Virus record (IMG/VR): IMGVR_UViG_3300005613_004097
Location: 32,001 to 96,000 of that record
Source: a virus
Strand: one strand, 5' to 3'
DNA length: 64,000 bases
The notes under the pieces were generated by a model, which saw only the letters and a program-made list of their open reading frames with translations, searched no databases and had not been told where the DNA came from. The position numbers and the translations under genes are program-made. Of this stretch, positions 37,909 through 49,500 are shown piece by piece. Numbering within the stretch: the first letter of the stretch is position 1; each line of letters opens with the position of its first letter.

Positions 37909-39015
37909 ATGATCAAGAACATAAAATCACAGACAGAATTATCAGGACTTTACATAATCTATAATGGATCAACCTTACTGGAAAAACCAGGATGGTATGG
38001 TATATCACATCTTATGGAACACCTTGTGTGTAAATCATTTGATGATCTCAATGATGATTTTGACCGTGATGGAATTTCTTGGAATGCTTATACTGAAACA
38101 AACTTGATAAATTTTCATTTCACAGGGTTGGAAGAGAATTTGAAAAAATATAGAAATAAGATATTCGACAGAATATTCAAATTCGATGTCACTAAAGAAC
38201 AATTCGAGACAGAAAGAAATATTGTTCTTTCTGAGTATGAGGATTACTTCAATGATCAAGCTTACGCACATCACATGAATTTGAACAGAAAAATGTTCAA
38301 TGATTTTGATCCTATCGGTCTTAGAAGTGACCTTGAAAAAATGAGATTCATGGATGCCATTGAGTTCTTTGAACTTCAATATATGAGACCATCCATGGTA
38401 ATAAATGTTTCCAAAGACTTTGAACTGCGTGATATCCCAGTTGAGTTCAGTGATGTTACAATAGATAGAAATCTTGTCATGGGTGAGAACCAAGTAGAAC
38501 TTGAGTTGAATAATGAATTCAAAGATAAATCATCGATAATATTCACGGCACCGTTGGTCGAATCGGATTTTGCAAAAGTTAATTTCATCACAAAGATGCT
38601 TTCAATGGGTCTCCAATCACCTTTATACAAAGAGATTCGTGAAAAAATGGGTCTTGTTTATTACATAAATTGTTATCAAGGAAGATTCAACAAACAAGGT
38701 GTTTTAAGAATTGATACACTCACGAACAATAGGAATGTTGATAAGTTGATAAAGGGTGTTGAACAAGTTCTAAAAGATAAAGATAGTGTTCTCAATCAGG
38801 CGAGATTCGATGTTGTAAAGGCAAGTCTGAAAAACAAATACAAGAAACAGGAAATACTAAGGTTTCAGAGTGTTGATAAATTCTTCATACCTGAAGAATT
38901 TCAGATCGAGCAAATAATTGACACACTCACTCTCGATGATCTTGCTCCGGTTTACGAGAAATATTTTGATTTTTCGAAATATCATATTTCCAATGATAAA
39001 AAAGAGTTCAGATGA
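37909..39015 (+). CDS. M16 family zinc peptidase
   Basis: GISHLMEHL (HxxEH), NAYT, ERNIVLSE, SPLY.EIREK.GLVY. Confidence 0.92.
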   Translation: MIKNIKSQTELSGLYIIYNGSTLLEKPGWYGISHLMEHLVCKSFDDLNDDFDRDGISWNAYTETNLINFHFTGLEENLKKYRNKIFDRIFKFDVTKEQFETERNIVLSEYEDYFNDQAYAHHMNLNRKMFNDFDPIGLRSDLEKMRFMDAIEFFELQYMRPSMVINVSKDFELRDIPVEFSDVTIDRNLVMGENQVELELNNEFKDKSSIIFTAPLVESDFAKVNFITKMLSMGLQSPLYKEIREKMGLVYYINCYQGRFNKQGVLRIDTLTNNRNVDKLIKGVEQVLKDKDSVLNQARFDVVKASLKNKYKKQEILRFQSVDKFFIPEEFQIEQIIDTLTLDDLAPVYEKYFDFSKYHISNDKKEFR

Positions 39016-39506
39016 AATATTTTCTCAAAAAACCTATTAAAAAGAAATGTTCGGATGAGATAAGACCTTTACTTGAGGTGATAAATGCTCTTCCGGCAAT
39101 TGAGATACACTCTTATTCTGAAATGGGTAACCATACTATAGTTTTTCTATATGTTGATAATAAACAGGAAAGAGATGACTTTGGTATTCAACAAACACCA
39201 TTATCACAGGGTCTTTTCTTTTTGGCCAGGTCAATAGATCGTAGATATTTAAACTATTTTGTAGAGATATCGATAAGTGTAATGGATATTTATGAGGAAA
39301 AAGAAAATCTACCAACAATCTATGAACTGCACATAATGGGTGATGATCAAGCAGATGTTTCTGGAAAGATCAATGCTATCATAGAGAGTATGGATCAACA
39401 TCTTCATAATGAGAATTTCATCAAATATTATAATATCGATCTTTCGCGGTTCAGTATAATGACCATAAAAGATGACAGGCGAGAAAAAATAAAACAAATA
39501 CTATGA
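39012..39506 (+). CDS. hypothetical protein with C-terminal RxxKIxxIL motif
   Basis: Ends RREKIKQIL. Confidence 0.7.
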   Translation: MKYFLKKPIKKKCSDEIRPLLEVINALPAIEIHSYSEMGNHTIVFLYVDNKQERDDFGIQQTPLSQGLFFLARSIDRRYLNYFVEISISVMDIYEEKENLPTIYELHIMGDDQADVSGKINAIIESMDQHLHNENFIKYYNIDLSRFSIMTIKDDRREKIKQIL

Positions 39507-39685
39507 ACACAAAAGAATTCAGAGAAGAGATGATGCAAAAGTTGAATGATATTGCTATGAAATATCAATTTGAATTTGATACTCCGGAAATGCGAGATCA
39601 AATGCAACATGAAATTGACATTGTTACCGGTGAGTATAAAAGAAAAGAAAGAACCAGAAAGATCAAACAGATTCTTGACCTTTGA
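39503..39685 (+). CDS. small protein with C-terminal RxxKIxxIL motif
   Basis: Ends RTRKIKQILDL; ATGA coupling. Confidence 0.65.
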   Translation: MNTKEFREEMMQKLNDIAMKYQFEFDTPEMRDQMQHEIDIVTGEYKRKERTRKIKQILDL

Positions 39686-40220
39686 TATGGTCGATCAACA
39701 TTAAAAGGTTTTCTGAATTATTCGGATACCTGTTCATCATTTTTTCTAAAAACTCGAGTCTGGCTGGTCTGTACATCTCACCAAAAGATTCATATTCCTT
39801 TGATATACCATTCTCCCATTCCAATAATTTTTCATAATCACTTTCAACAATCGACATATCCATCTCACAGAACATTTTAGATAATTGATCCTCTGTTTCG
39901 TGTGTCTTGGTGTCCAATATCATCTGTTTGATGTGCTGAATATCCTCTCTTTTGACATCATAGCAAAGTTCTTCAAAGAACCTCACAGATTGTTCTTCAT
40001 TGTCAGTTCTTTTCGGATCATATATGATATCGTGAAACAATGCAGTTATCATCAACTTTTCATATTCTTTTTGTGAAAGTTGATCTTTCCTTTCATTTAT
40101 CATGTCGATAAGTTCGAGAAGATGATTCTGATTATGATAATATCTGTGTGATTCATTCCACATATCAAGAAGCATCGTGTAATTGCCTTTGATGCTCCAT
40201 CTGTCTAAAAGTTCTTGCAT
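39663..40220 (-). CDS. HD-superfamily phosphohydrolase
   Basis: HRYYHN..H, ALFHDIIYDP...NEE.S, IL.TK.H, D; late motif 40241-40249. Confidence 0.85.
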   Translation of the reverse strand: MQELLDRWSIKGNYTMLLDMWNESHRYYHNQNHLLELIDMINERKDQLSQKEYEKLMITALFHDIIYDPKRTDNEEQSVRFFEELCYDVKREDIQHIKQMILDTKTHETEDQLSKMFCEMDMSIVESDYEKLLEWENGISKEYESFGEMYRPARLEFLEKMMNRYPNNSENLLMLIDHIKGQESV

Positions 40221-40261
40221 TTGAAAAATAATATTTTATCTATATATTAAAAGTGTTTGCT

Positions 40262-41554
40262 TTAAAAGTCCCAAAAATCATCAGGTGATTCAACTTTTTC
40301 AACTTTATTTGGTTTCGGTTCTTTGAATATCATGTGATTTTTTTTACTTTTCGTGTCTATCAATCGTTTTCTCATGTTCAATTGAAAGAGTAAAAGTTCT
40401 TCATTTGTGTATTGGTCAATTTTATCCAACTTGAAATTGGGATGTTCAAGAACACATATTGCAACATATTTCTTTTCACCTTCATATCTTGATATCAACC
40501 TATTCACATAATTGATCTGTTCACTTAATTTATATCCTCTCAGATTCGGTATTGTCTGTGGAGCTGTTTGTATGATATCATGTAAAAGTTCTATATCCTC
40601 TTTCGATGCATTCATGTCGAAATAATCCTTTCTATCAATAACATGTCGCAATTTCGTATATAATCCTTTTTCAATATGTCTGAAATTTCTTACATAACTT
40701 TCAAATTCCTCACATGTTGTGCAATTGAGACCGTTGAATTCATTATAATCCAGGTCAGGATTGAATTCATCACTTGAAGACATACGAAATATCATATTCT
40801 CATTTCTTTCCAATTCATTTTTGAATATGAAATTCTTCATACTATCATCCTTTTGGATCATAAAATACTTTTTGAGTATGTTTGCATTTTCTCGGAACAT
40901 ATTTGCATATTTCATGGTGAAATATCTTCTGTTGACTCCGATAAAGTTTTTGTGATTCACATAGGCGCATAACTTCAATTCATATTCATCAAGTTCAACA
41001 TTCAACTCTTTGGCCTTTTTTGCAATTCTTATGGCAGAGTGTGATGGTGACATGAAATTGACGACATATAATTTACCGGTCTTCAAAAAGTTTATGAAAT
41101 CATCTGTGTAATAGAATTTTTCACTTTCAAGACAATATGCGACTTGTGTACAATTTATGTCAAATGAATCCAATACCGTCTGAACATCATTGTCAGTTCC
41201 ACCAATATCTATTTTATTTATGATACCATCCTGTTGTGTTGATATGATATAATAGAATTTATCTACATCGGATCTGAATGTGAGCCCAGAATATGTCTCA
41301 ATATATTTGACATCTTTTACCTCATAGAAGTTCTTTTTCGGAAGTTGATATTTTCTCAGTTTATGATATTCCTCTTTGCTTGTTTTTTCTTTGAATTCAA
41401 AGATATCTACATCATTGATGACGGCCTTGTTGCCAGATACGATCTCCCACATGATGTTTGCCAATGATCCACCGGCAAGTATTCCAGTTTTAGGTAGAGT
41501 GGTTATTTGTTTTATTCGTTCAAGTGCTTCTTGTGATATTTTTTCAATGTTCAT
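40262..41554 (-). CDS. nucleotidyltransferase-like protein (poly(A) polymerase/CCA head-domain-like)
   Basis: LAGGSL...NDVDIF, FDINC.Q motifs. Confidence 0.6.
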   Translation of the reverse strand: MNIEKISQEALERIKQITTLPKTGILAGGSLANIMWEIVSGNKAVINDVDIFEFKEKTSKEEYHKLRKYQLPKKNFYEVKDVKYIETYSGLTFRSDVDKFYYIISTQQDGIINKIDIGGTDNDVQTVLDSFDINCTQVAYCLESEKFYYTDDFINFLKTGKLYVVNFMSPSHSAIRIAKKAKELNVELDEYELKLCAYVNHKNFIGVNRRYFTMKYANMFRENANILKKYFMIQKDDSMKNFIFKNELERNENMIFRMSSSDEFNPDLDYNEFNGLNCTTCEEFESYVRNFRHIEKGLYTKLRHVIDRKDYFDMNASKEDIELLHDIIQTAPQTIPNLRGYKLSEQINYVNRLISRYEGEKKYVAICVLEHPNFKLDKIDQYTNEELLLFQLNMRKRLIDTKSKKNHMIFKEPKPNKVEKVESPDDFWDF

Positions 41555-41580
41555 TTAATTATTATTAAAAGGTTCATTGA

Positions 41581-41608
41581 TTATATCCTCTTATTTTTGA
41601 TTTGTTTA
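41581..41608 (-). promoter_or_regulatory. TAAAC-N18-TATAA promoter
   Basis: Exact motif and spacing. Confidence 0.65.
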
Positions 41609-41660
41609 CTTCAATTTCTGTTTACAAATTTCGTAATAGCTATCATCGTTCTGATAATTT

Positions 41661-41867
41661 TTATTTTGAAACTTTCGTATCAATTTCGACATATGTTTCC
41701 AAATACTTTTTACCGCCGAATTTTGTGTGAAAATATACTCTATTTTTGCCTCCGAATATATCTTTTATGAATTTGATATTCTTTGCGTCTTTAGGTAATT
41801 TCACACAGAATTCGTTGCCATCTTGATCCTCTAATATATGTTTCATTTGATCAATTGATTTCTTCAC
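41661..41867 (-). CDS. small hypothetical protein
   Basis: 68-aa ORF downstream of the RNA ligase. Confidence 0.5.
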   Translation of the reverse strand: MKKSIDQMKHILEDQDGNEFCVKLPKDAKNIKFIKDIFGGKNRVYFHTKFGGKKYLETYVEIDTKVSK

Positions 41868-42939
41868 CCGTCTCTTTGTATTTAGGGTTGATGATCTTCA
41901 ATCTCAATTTAGTACCATCTTTCGCATTCCTGTCAATGTATGGTCTGAGAACAACACCTTCTCTGATGTGTCTTTGTTTACCGGATACTTGTTCCATTCC
42001 TTTACAAAGATTCACAATGTCTTTTGGAAGACTTAGCACTTTCTTTGTTTTGTGGACACCAATGGTTGGATCAGAGAATATGACAACTTCACTTTCGTCA
42101 AGATCGATGTTACCATCAAAGATGATAGGAACCCAAAGTTCTTTGAAATCATCTGAAACCTTATCGTAGGGGATTGAAACACCATCATGTCTGATGTCGA
42201 ACAACCTTACAGTTGGCTTTGTCTGTCCGTAATCATATCCTTTCTGAACAGGAATTACCTCACCGAATACTTGAACTACACCACTGGTGAAACTATTTCT
42301 GATCTTTTCAACGAGATTGTCATTCTTTGAGGCGATCCAGTAAGTATTATCATCAGATTCTTCCAAGATGAGACCTTTCTTCAACATGCCTTTTGATGAG
42401 ATGATGGTTTCATCCTTTTCAATATCATGTCCAAGGATAAACTGAGATCCATGCACCTTCTCGGTGAGTACAACTCTCTCGCCTTGAACAAGTTCATTTG
42501 CATATACACCAACATGTTCACAATCATGTGATCCGATGTGATCCATCTGAAAGCTCTTCACTTTACCGGCAAGTTGTGTAGGGATTGGTGGTTCGTAGTG
42601 TGTGATGCCAAGTTTTTCAGAAATATCCTCGCCCAACTCATATTGGTCCATATCTTCAACCAAGAATGGTGGAATGATAACACCACTTGAGATTTCACCT
42701 CTCAATCTCACTGCCTTGACACGATCCTTGTTAGGTCCTACGAGATATTTTTCAAACTCGGTTTTGATGAGTCCGCTCAGAACTGATTTTTCAGGAGCGA
42801 ATATTACCTCATCACCATCATTGTACAATCCTTTCTGAACTACAACTTGGTATGATCCAACTTTGCCGATGACAAGTGCATTGGCATCTGGGTGTGTGAA
42901 TAATTCGATTTTTTCTTTACTTACTTTCCACTGTGACAT
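41851..42939 (-). CDS. RNA ligase, DRB0094 family
   Basis: N-terminal OB module (HPDANAL, LRGEISSG), TEKVHGS, FGEV, FDI, REGVV, KIINPKY. Confidence 0.9.
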   Translation of the reverse strand: MSQWKVSKEKIELFTHPDANALVIGKVGSYQVVVQKGLYNDGDEVIFAPEKSVLSGLIKTEFEKYLVGPNKDRVKAVRLRGEISSGVIIPPFLVEDMDQYELGEDISEKLGITHYEPPIPTQLAGKVKSFQMDHIGSHDCEHVGVYANELVQGERVVLTEKVHGSQFILGHDIEKDETIISSKGMLKKGLILEESDDNTYWIASKNDNLVEKIRNSFTSGVVQVFGEVIPVQKGYDYGQTKPTVRLFDIRHDGVSIPYDKVSDDFKELWVPIIFDGNIDLDESEVVIFSDPTIGVHKTKKVLSLPKDIVNLCKGMEQVSGKQRHIREGVVLRPYIDRNAKDGTKLRLKIINPKYKETGEEIN

Positions 42940-42975
42940 AATTTATCTTTTTTTAATTTGATACAAATATATGGA

Positions 42976-43443
42976 TTATTTTATCAGTTCCAATAATTTG
43001 ATCTTTCTTTCTATTATTTTCCTGTCGTATTTGGATCTTGATAACCAATCCCCTAAGACAATTGATACACCATTTGAACTTCCTAAAATCTCCACAAACT
43101 TATCAAAATTATCATAACATTCATCTATCACCTTTTTTTCCTGTGACTCTTCAATTCCATACATTCTCAGTTCGTAATTGACTTCTTTGAATATATCATA
43201 GAAAATATCTATTATACCAATTATATTTTTGTGTTCAAAAATGTCGTTACTATCGGGTTCAGGATAATCTCTGAGAGAGGTTTTCAACATTTCCCATTGA
43301 CTTTTTTCGATGTATTTGTTGAGATATCGAATTGATTTCTCATTCACATAATCTTCAATATTAACCCAATCAGTGTCATATTTCTTCTTTTTATTAAAGA
43401 ATATGACTGTGTAAAAAAATAAAATCCCTATGAATTTGTCCAT
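42976..43443 (-). CDS. hypothetical protein with C-terminal RxxKLxxLI motif
   Basis: Ends RKIKLLELIK; TATATTTG 4 nt before ATG. Confidence 0.7.
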   Translation of the reverse strand: MDKFIGILFFYTVIFFNKKKKYDTDWVNIEDYVNEKSIRYLNKYIEKSQWEMLKTSLRDYPEPDSNDIFEHKNIIGIIDIFYDIFKEVNYELRMYGIEESQEKKVIDECYDNFDKFVEILGSSNGVSIVLGDWLSRSKYDRKIIERKIKLLELIK

Positions 43444-43500
43444 TTCACAAATATAATAAAAAATGCAAGATATAAATCGGACTTTTATATATACCCTGTG

Positions 43501-46500
43501 ATGAAATTACCTAACAGGCTAGCCATAAATACAATATACAAGGGTTTGAATGGTCTCAACGATGATCAGTTCAATATTCTTAACGATTCAATATCAGCTT
43601 CACCGCAGAATGTGGTGAAACTTGATACTAAAAAGATACTTAAAGAATCAACAGATAGAACATTCTCAGTTCGTCTTATGAAATGGGTCGAGCCATATAA
43701 CATAGGAGGTATTGAATATTCTCTTTTCTACACTGAGGTAGATCACAATTTGAAAGTTGGTGACCGTGTTTTCATCATCGGTGGGTATTATGATTCAGAT
43801 GACATACTTGAAAATTCAACTGATCCTTACTTTGCAGGTGTTGATGGATACCGTGTTCTTTATGTTGATAGAACGAAAATAGTTCTTGATATCGAATATG
43901 TTGGAATTGATCCTACAAATGAAGAACCAATTGATAATTTCATTAAAGTTTATGTTGCATCAACTCAATATGAATTTGATTACTTTCTACAGGCTCTTTC
44001 GATGAGAGATGATAACGGTAATATTGAAAGTAAATTTTTACAAGGATATAACAACTTTTTATATCTAAATGGTCAATTCACGATAAATAATCCTGGTGAC
44101 TATAATGGCCTTTTAAGTTTTCTTTTAGAGGATTTATCAACACCAAACACTGCTGGTAATGGATTCTTTATAAGAAATAATTCAGAACTTGAAGAGATAA
44201 CCAGTGATGTTCTTAGTAACACTAACATAACAGCATATTTGAACACAGGATATAATGATCCACTATCAGGGTTTTTCAATATACTTAAGATCAGAGTCAT
44301 GAATGGAAGATTTTTTGCTGGATCAACAGAGTGGAAAAGAGATTTCATCTACTACTACAATGCAACACATCAAAAGTGGATGGTTGATCGTTCATATACA
44401 CCTACCATACTTACAAAATCGAATTTCCGTGGTGGTCTTTTCCACTCAGGTGAATTCAATCAAGGTCTTTATGGTCATTATGATGAGCGTCTTGATTATG
44501 ATGGTACAGATATAAAATGGACGCTCGGAACAACTTTGAATGTGAATTGGAAAGCAGGAACACTTGGTTCTGATCATTACTTCAAAGATTCAAATTTCAC
44601 TGTGTTCGATAGAACAGGACTTCCACAGATAAGGGCAAATGCAGAGAATAACGGAGGTGCAGGTTACAATTATGTATTCGATACTGATTTCGAAGGTGGT
44701 GATGTGATAAATGGAAATATCTTTAATCTTTCAACATTCTATGGTACAATGTCATCTGAATCTGCTTTGGATAATTACTACACAGGAACACAGACAACTT
44801 ATTCTGTTACACTTTCTGGTGGTGTTTATTACAATTCTGATATTTTATTTGCAGACATCTCAAATGTTACTTTGATAAGTTCATATGTCGTTAACTCTAT
44901 AATAAGAAACTCAAAGGCTGTTAACTCAGAGATTGTTGCAACTGCATTTTTGAACTCACTTTATCTTGGTGACAATGTGATAAAGATACAAGCATATGAA
45001 GAATCAAACATTCTTTGGTATGATGTTGATACACCACTCACTCCTGGTGTGAATTATAAAATGTATAAGTTCTATGTGACTGAATCTTCATTCTTGAGAC
45101 TCAGAGAACTTCAATATTTTTACTTCAAGGATATTATTGTGAATCTTCCGAATACAGATCTTTTGAATTTCTTTGATGATAAGTTTCAAATAGGACATTG
45201 GACTCAGACATTTGATACAATAGGTCAAAAGCAAGGAAGACAGGTTCTTGTTCAATTGTCAACAAAAGAAGAGAATAGGAACTCACCAGGTCAGATCACA
45301 ACTGAAACCGATCTACAACCGAATTTCGATAATACTTTACCATCTATTGATGTTTTCATTGCAGGCGGTGAAGATTTCAATTTTGCTTCAGCTTCAACAT
45401 ATCCAAGACCGTTCATTGCTGAAACTGTTGATATCACAAATGCCTACATATTGGAGGGAGATTTTGTATCAGGTCTGTTCAAGGATTCTATTTGGGTGAG
45501 TGGAAATTACATCAACTATAATAAAGATTATCATTTTGAACAGGACAGTGGTCTTTATCAAGGACAATCATCATTTGGTCCACATGAGATCGACACAACA
45601 TCAAATCTTTTAAAGATAAAAACCCCACTTGCGTTCAGACCGAACATAATAGGAACACAATCTTACGAATCGAATATTGTCTATATAAACTCGGTATATT
45701 ATGATTCAACATTGAATACATCCGATCCTGGTCAGAATTTGGTAAGAATGCCAGATACATTTAGAATATTGAGCGCCAATGATATTTCACCAACTCAAAG
45801 AGATTTTGTTTTACAGGATGTATCAACTCAATCAACATTGAGTGGATTCAACTCTGTAACAAATGGTGGTAATTATTTCACTTCAAGACAGGCAAGAAAC
45901 AGATATAATTATATACATCCGGTCAAGTTTGAGAACTCGCAGATCAGGTCAGGACTTTTCAGAGGTGCTTATTTTGAGAATTGTACATTCACCAACTTTG
46001 ATTTTGATGTGCTGGATAAGGACCTTGAAAAGGTGATAGAGAAAAGGAATTTCCTTGTCAGTGATGTCATTTTGGATGATAACTCGAATTCGATAAATTC
46101 CGGTATTTTCCAATATTCACATTTCCTTGCTGGGTCTGACCAGTGGAATTCAGCTATTTTCCATAAAGGCATATGGTCAGAATCAACTTTCACATATTCG
46201 TTCTCACCAAGCTTCTCAACAATTTTCACAAGAGAGCCAAGTAAATTCAAAAATGGTGTTTTCAGAGAAAGTGAATGGCAGGACGGTATATTTGAAAATG
46301 GCATATTCTATAAGAACAGATCAAATCAAGCAGGTACTTCACAGGTACTCAGTGGAACAACACCTGTCTATTACGCTGATACACTTGATACTAAATGGTC
46401 ATGGCAACAAGGAACATTTGAAAATGGTGATTTCGAAAAGTCAAACTTTGAAACTGGAACATTTGAAGATGGTAACTTTTTCAATTCTGATTTCCTCACA

Positions 46501-49500
46501 GGAGAAGCAACTGGCGGAAACTTCGGTAAAAAGAACATACCATTTGATCGTTCAAGAGTATGGACAGGAACATTCTCAAATGTGAATGTGATAAATGCTG
46601 AGTTCAGAACCGAGTATCCTGAGGGAACTTACCAAACATCATCGATCGTTTGGAATTCAGGTATATTCAACTCAGGTATATTCGGAGTTCAAATGAATGG
46701 ATTATCACCTCAATATGTTCCTGCAACATTCCAATTGAGCAATACATGGTATGATGGAACATTCAATGGTGGTGATTTCACAGATGTTGCAGAATGGAAA
46801 TCGGGGATATTCAATGGTGGTAGATTCCGTTCATTCTATTGGTATGAAGGGCAGACACCTTATGAACTAAGTTTGGCAACAGGTGGTTCATTCAGTTGGC
46901 AATCGGGTAAATTCAATAATGGTGAGTTCGGAAGAGCTGATAGAGCAACAAACTCAACATGGTTCTCAGGTGAGTTCAATGGTGGTAAGTTCAATGGAAG
47001 ATATTGGAGAGATGGTGTGTTCACACGAGGCAACTTTGAAGGACATGCAGCAAGTTTCTCAACTGATATAGACAATTACAATGATTTCATTGCAAGTTAC
47101 ACGACAGAATATTATGGATATTGGCAGACAGGTTGGGTATCAGAGGTCAAGGATAAATTCTTGAAGGATCAAAAGATATGGACAGAAGTTGTAAGAGAAT
47201 CCACAAAGAAAAGAAAAAGAAAAACGGTCGAGTTCAAAGACATGTTATGGTATTCTGGAACTTTCTCACATACTGATGGTGATATGATAAATTCTGTATG
47301 GCTTGATGGATCACATCAGAAAGGATTGTTCTATGAATCTGTGTTCAATCCATATATAAATCTTGCACTTCCTATTTTTATTGATAGTCAGCCATCTCAA
47401 AATTGGGTCATTACAGGATCAGTTTCATCTGGACAGAATGGAAGTATTCTTGTTCAGAATATTTCCACACTTGATTTGATTGATGTTCTGCAACCAGGTG
47501 TTGAATATACATTCAATATTTATGTGAATGAGAACACAACAGGATCTGATGTTTTATTGAGTGATGGAACAATATTTGCTCCTGATCTACATCAAGGTTT
47601 TTATCAGGGTAATTTTATATCACAATTTGCAGATTTTGGATTCTCAACAGGACCTGGAACATTCAGTTTTTCTGATCTTGTACTTTATCCTGGAACGGTA
47701 TCAGGATTCAGAACAACAGATTCGTGTATTTGGGAAAATGGAAAAGCTTTTTCATCTGACTTTTATTTCTCTAAATGGAAGCAAGGTAAATTCTCTTCAT
47801 ATGCAAACTCACCACAGGGAAATGCATGGGGTCTGATATTTCAGGATGGTATATCTGATTATATGAATGCGTATAATGTGTTCTGGGGTAAAGGTATTTG
47901 GAAAAACGGTAACTGGAATGGGTCACCTTTCAATAAGCGACTTTCACCAATATGTGAGGATGTATTGATAAATGGTGATTTCGAGACAGATGATTCTGGA
48001 ACTGGAAATGGTGGTTCAAATTGGCAAGTTACCAATGATCCTGATGTACAAACATTCATACAAAATGGCATCTTAGAGACAACTTTCGGTGCAGCAGGTA
48101 CATCAACAATTGTTCAGGATTCTGTGCTTAATTCAGGTACAACATATAATGTCTCTATCACGGTACAAAGCAATTCAAATGTCTCAGTAAATGCAGGTGA
48201 AACCGGTAACTGGGCAATTCAATCATCGGTTGGTCAAACAGGATTCATAACAGGAACATTCACTGCTGGTGGGTCAGATTTTGAGATTTTGTTAGAAACA
48301 ACTATTACACCAGTGAGTTGGTTTGATGGTACGATCACAGGACCCAATGGGACTATTCCGGTACCACCTTCTTCTGCTCTATTTAATGGGTATTATGATA
48401 TAAGTCCATATGATCCAGATCCTTCTACAGGCACTTCTTATGGGCAATATGGTTGTCTCACATATAATCCACCACCTGGTCTTGTGATACTCGATCCACA
48501 AGATTTTATTTGGTCAATCGATAATATGACAATTCCTCCGTCAATCGTAAATAACTTTGATGCAAACTCATCACAATATTGTGGTGTTTACCAAAATGTC
48601 AACCAAAACTTCTTACAAGTTGGATCATACAGAGTGCAATACAACGGTGATGTTTCAGGATCACAGGCAAATATTGTTATTCTTGATGTACAGGTTACTA
48701 TTTGTAACACAAATGATCAACTAGTTTACCCAGGATTCTCATCTGATATTATAAACAATATTGCATCTTACGCAACTCAATCAGAATATCAAGATTGGGA
48801 ATCAATTCATATGAATCACACATTCACACTGAATGTGCCATTAGAGATACTTGATGATCCTGAGCTGGATAATGGATTCGGTTCAGGTGGGTCGGTTACT
48901 GCTAGTTTACCACTGAATTGGATCCCTTCCCCAAACTCAACTCCATATCCTACTTATAATAATTTTCAAAATACTTGGAACGTACTTTCTACTATACCCA
49001 CAAGTTCGATTTTTACAAATTCAACAGACTTTGTGACAATTTTGAATGCCGTTGATGGTCAGTTCATATTCAATGATATTGGACTCTATGAAATAGAGAT
49101 AGATTACTTTGTTGTTGTTGGACAAACTATTAATTCTGGTCCTGTGGATGTAAACATACAGATAATAGCAGGTGACACACAAAATAATGGGATTGATCAA
49201 ACAATTACCGAGACAGTCAATCTAAATCAAGAACTAGTTGGATCATTAGTTCCTATAAATAGTTATTATGGTGTGAGTCCACAGAAAACTGCGACCTTCA
49301 CATACAATTCACTTCAACCGTTCACTGACGATAGAGCAAAGCTCAGAATCAGAAAACAAACTACAGACCCAAATACATTTTTGTTCATCACAAATATAAG
49401 TGTAAAGTCATCTTTGAGTGAATATGATGAGCCAACAAACAATGAACTTTGGCAGCCAAGTAACTGGACACCTTCGATCGGTGCTACTATTTCATTGCCA

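Noticed and set aside
41607-41660. NDDSYYEICKQKLK fragment resembling a DNA methyltransferase C-terminus
   Set aside because: Too short and no start codon; cannot be supported
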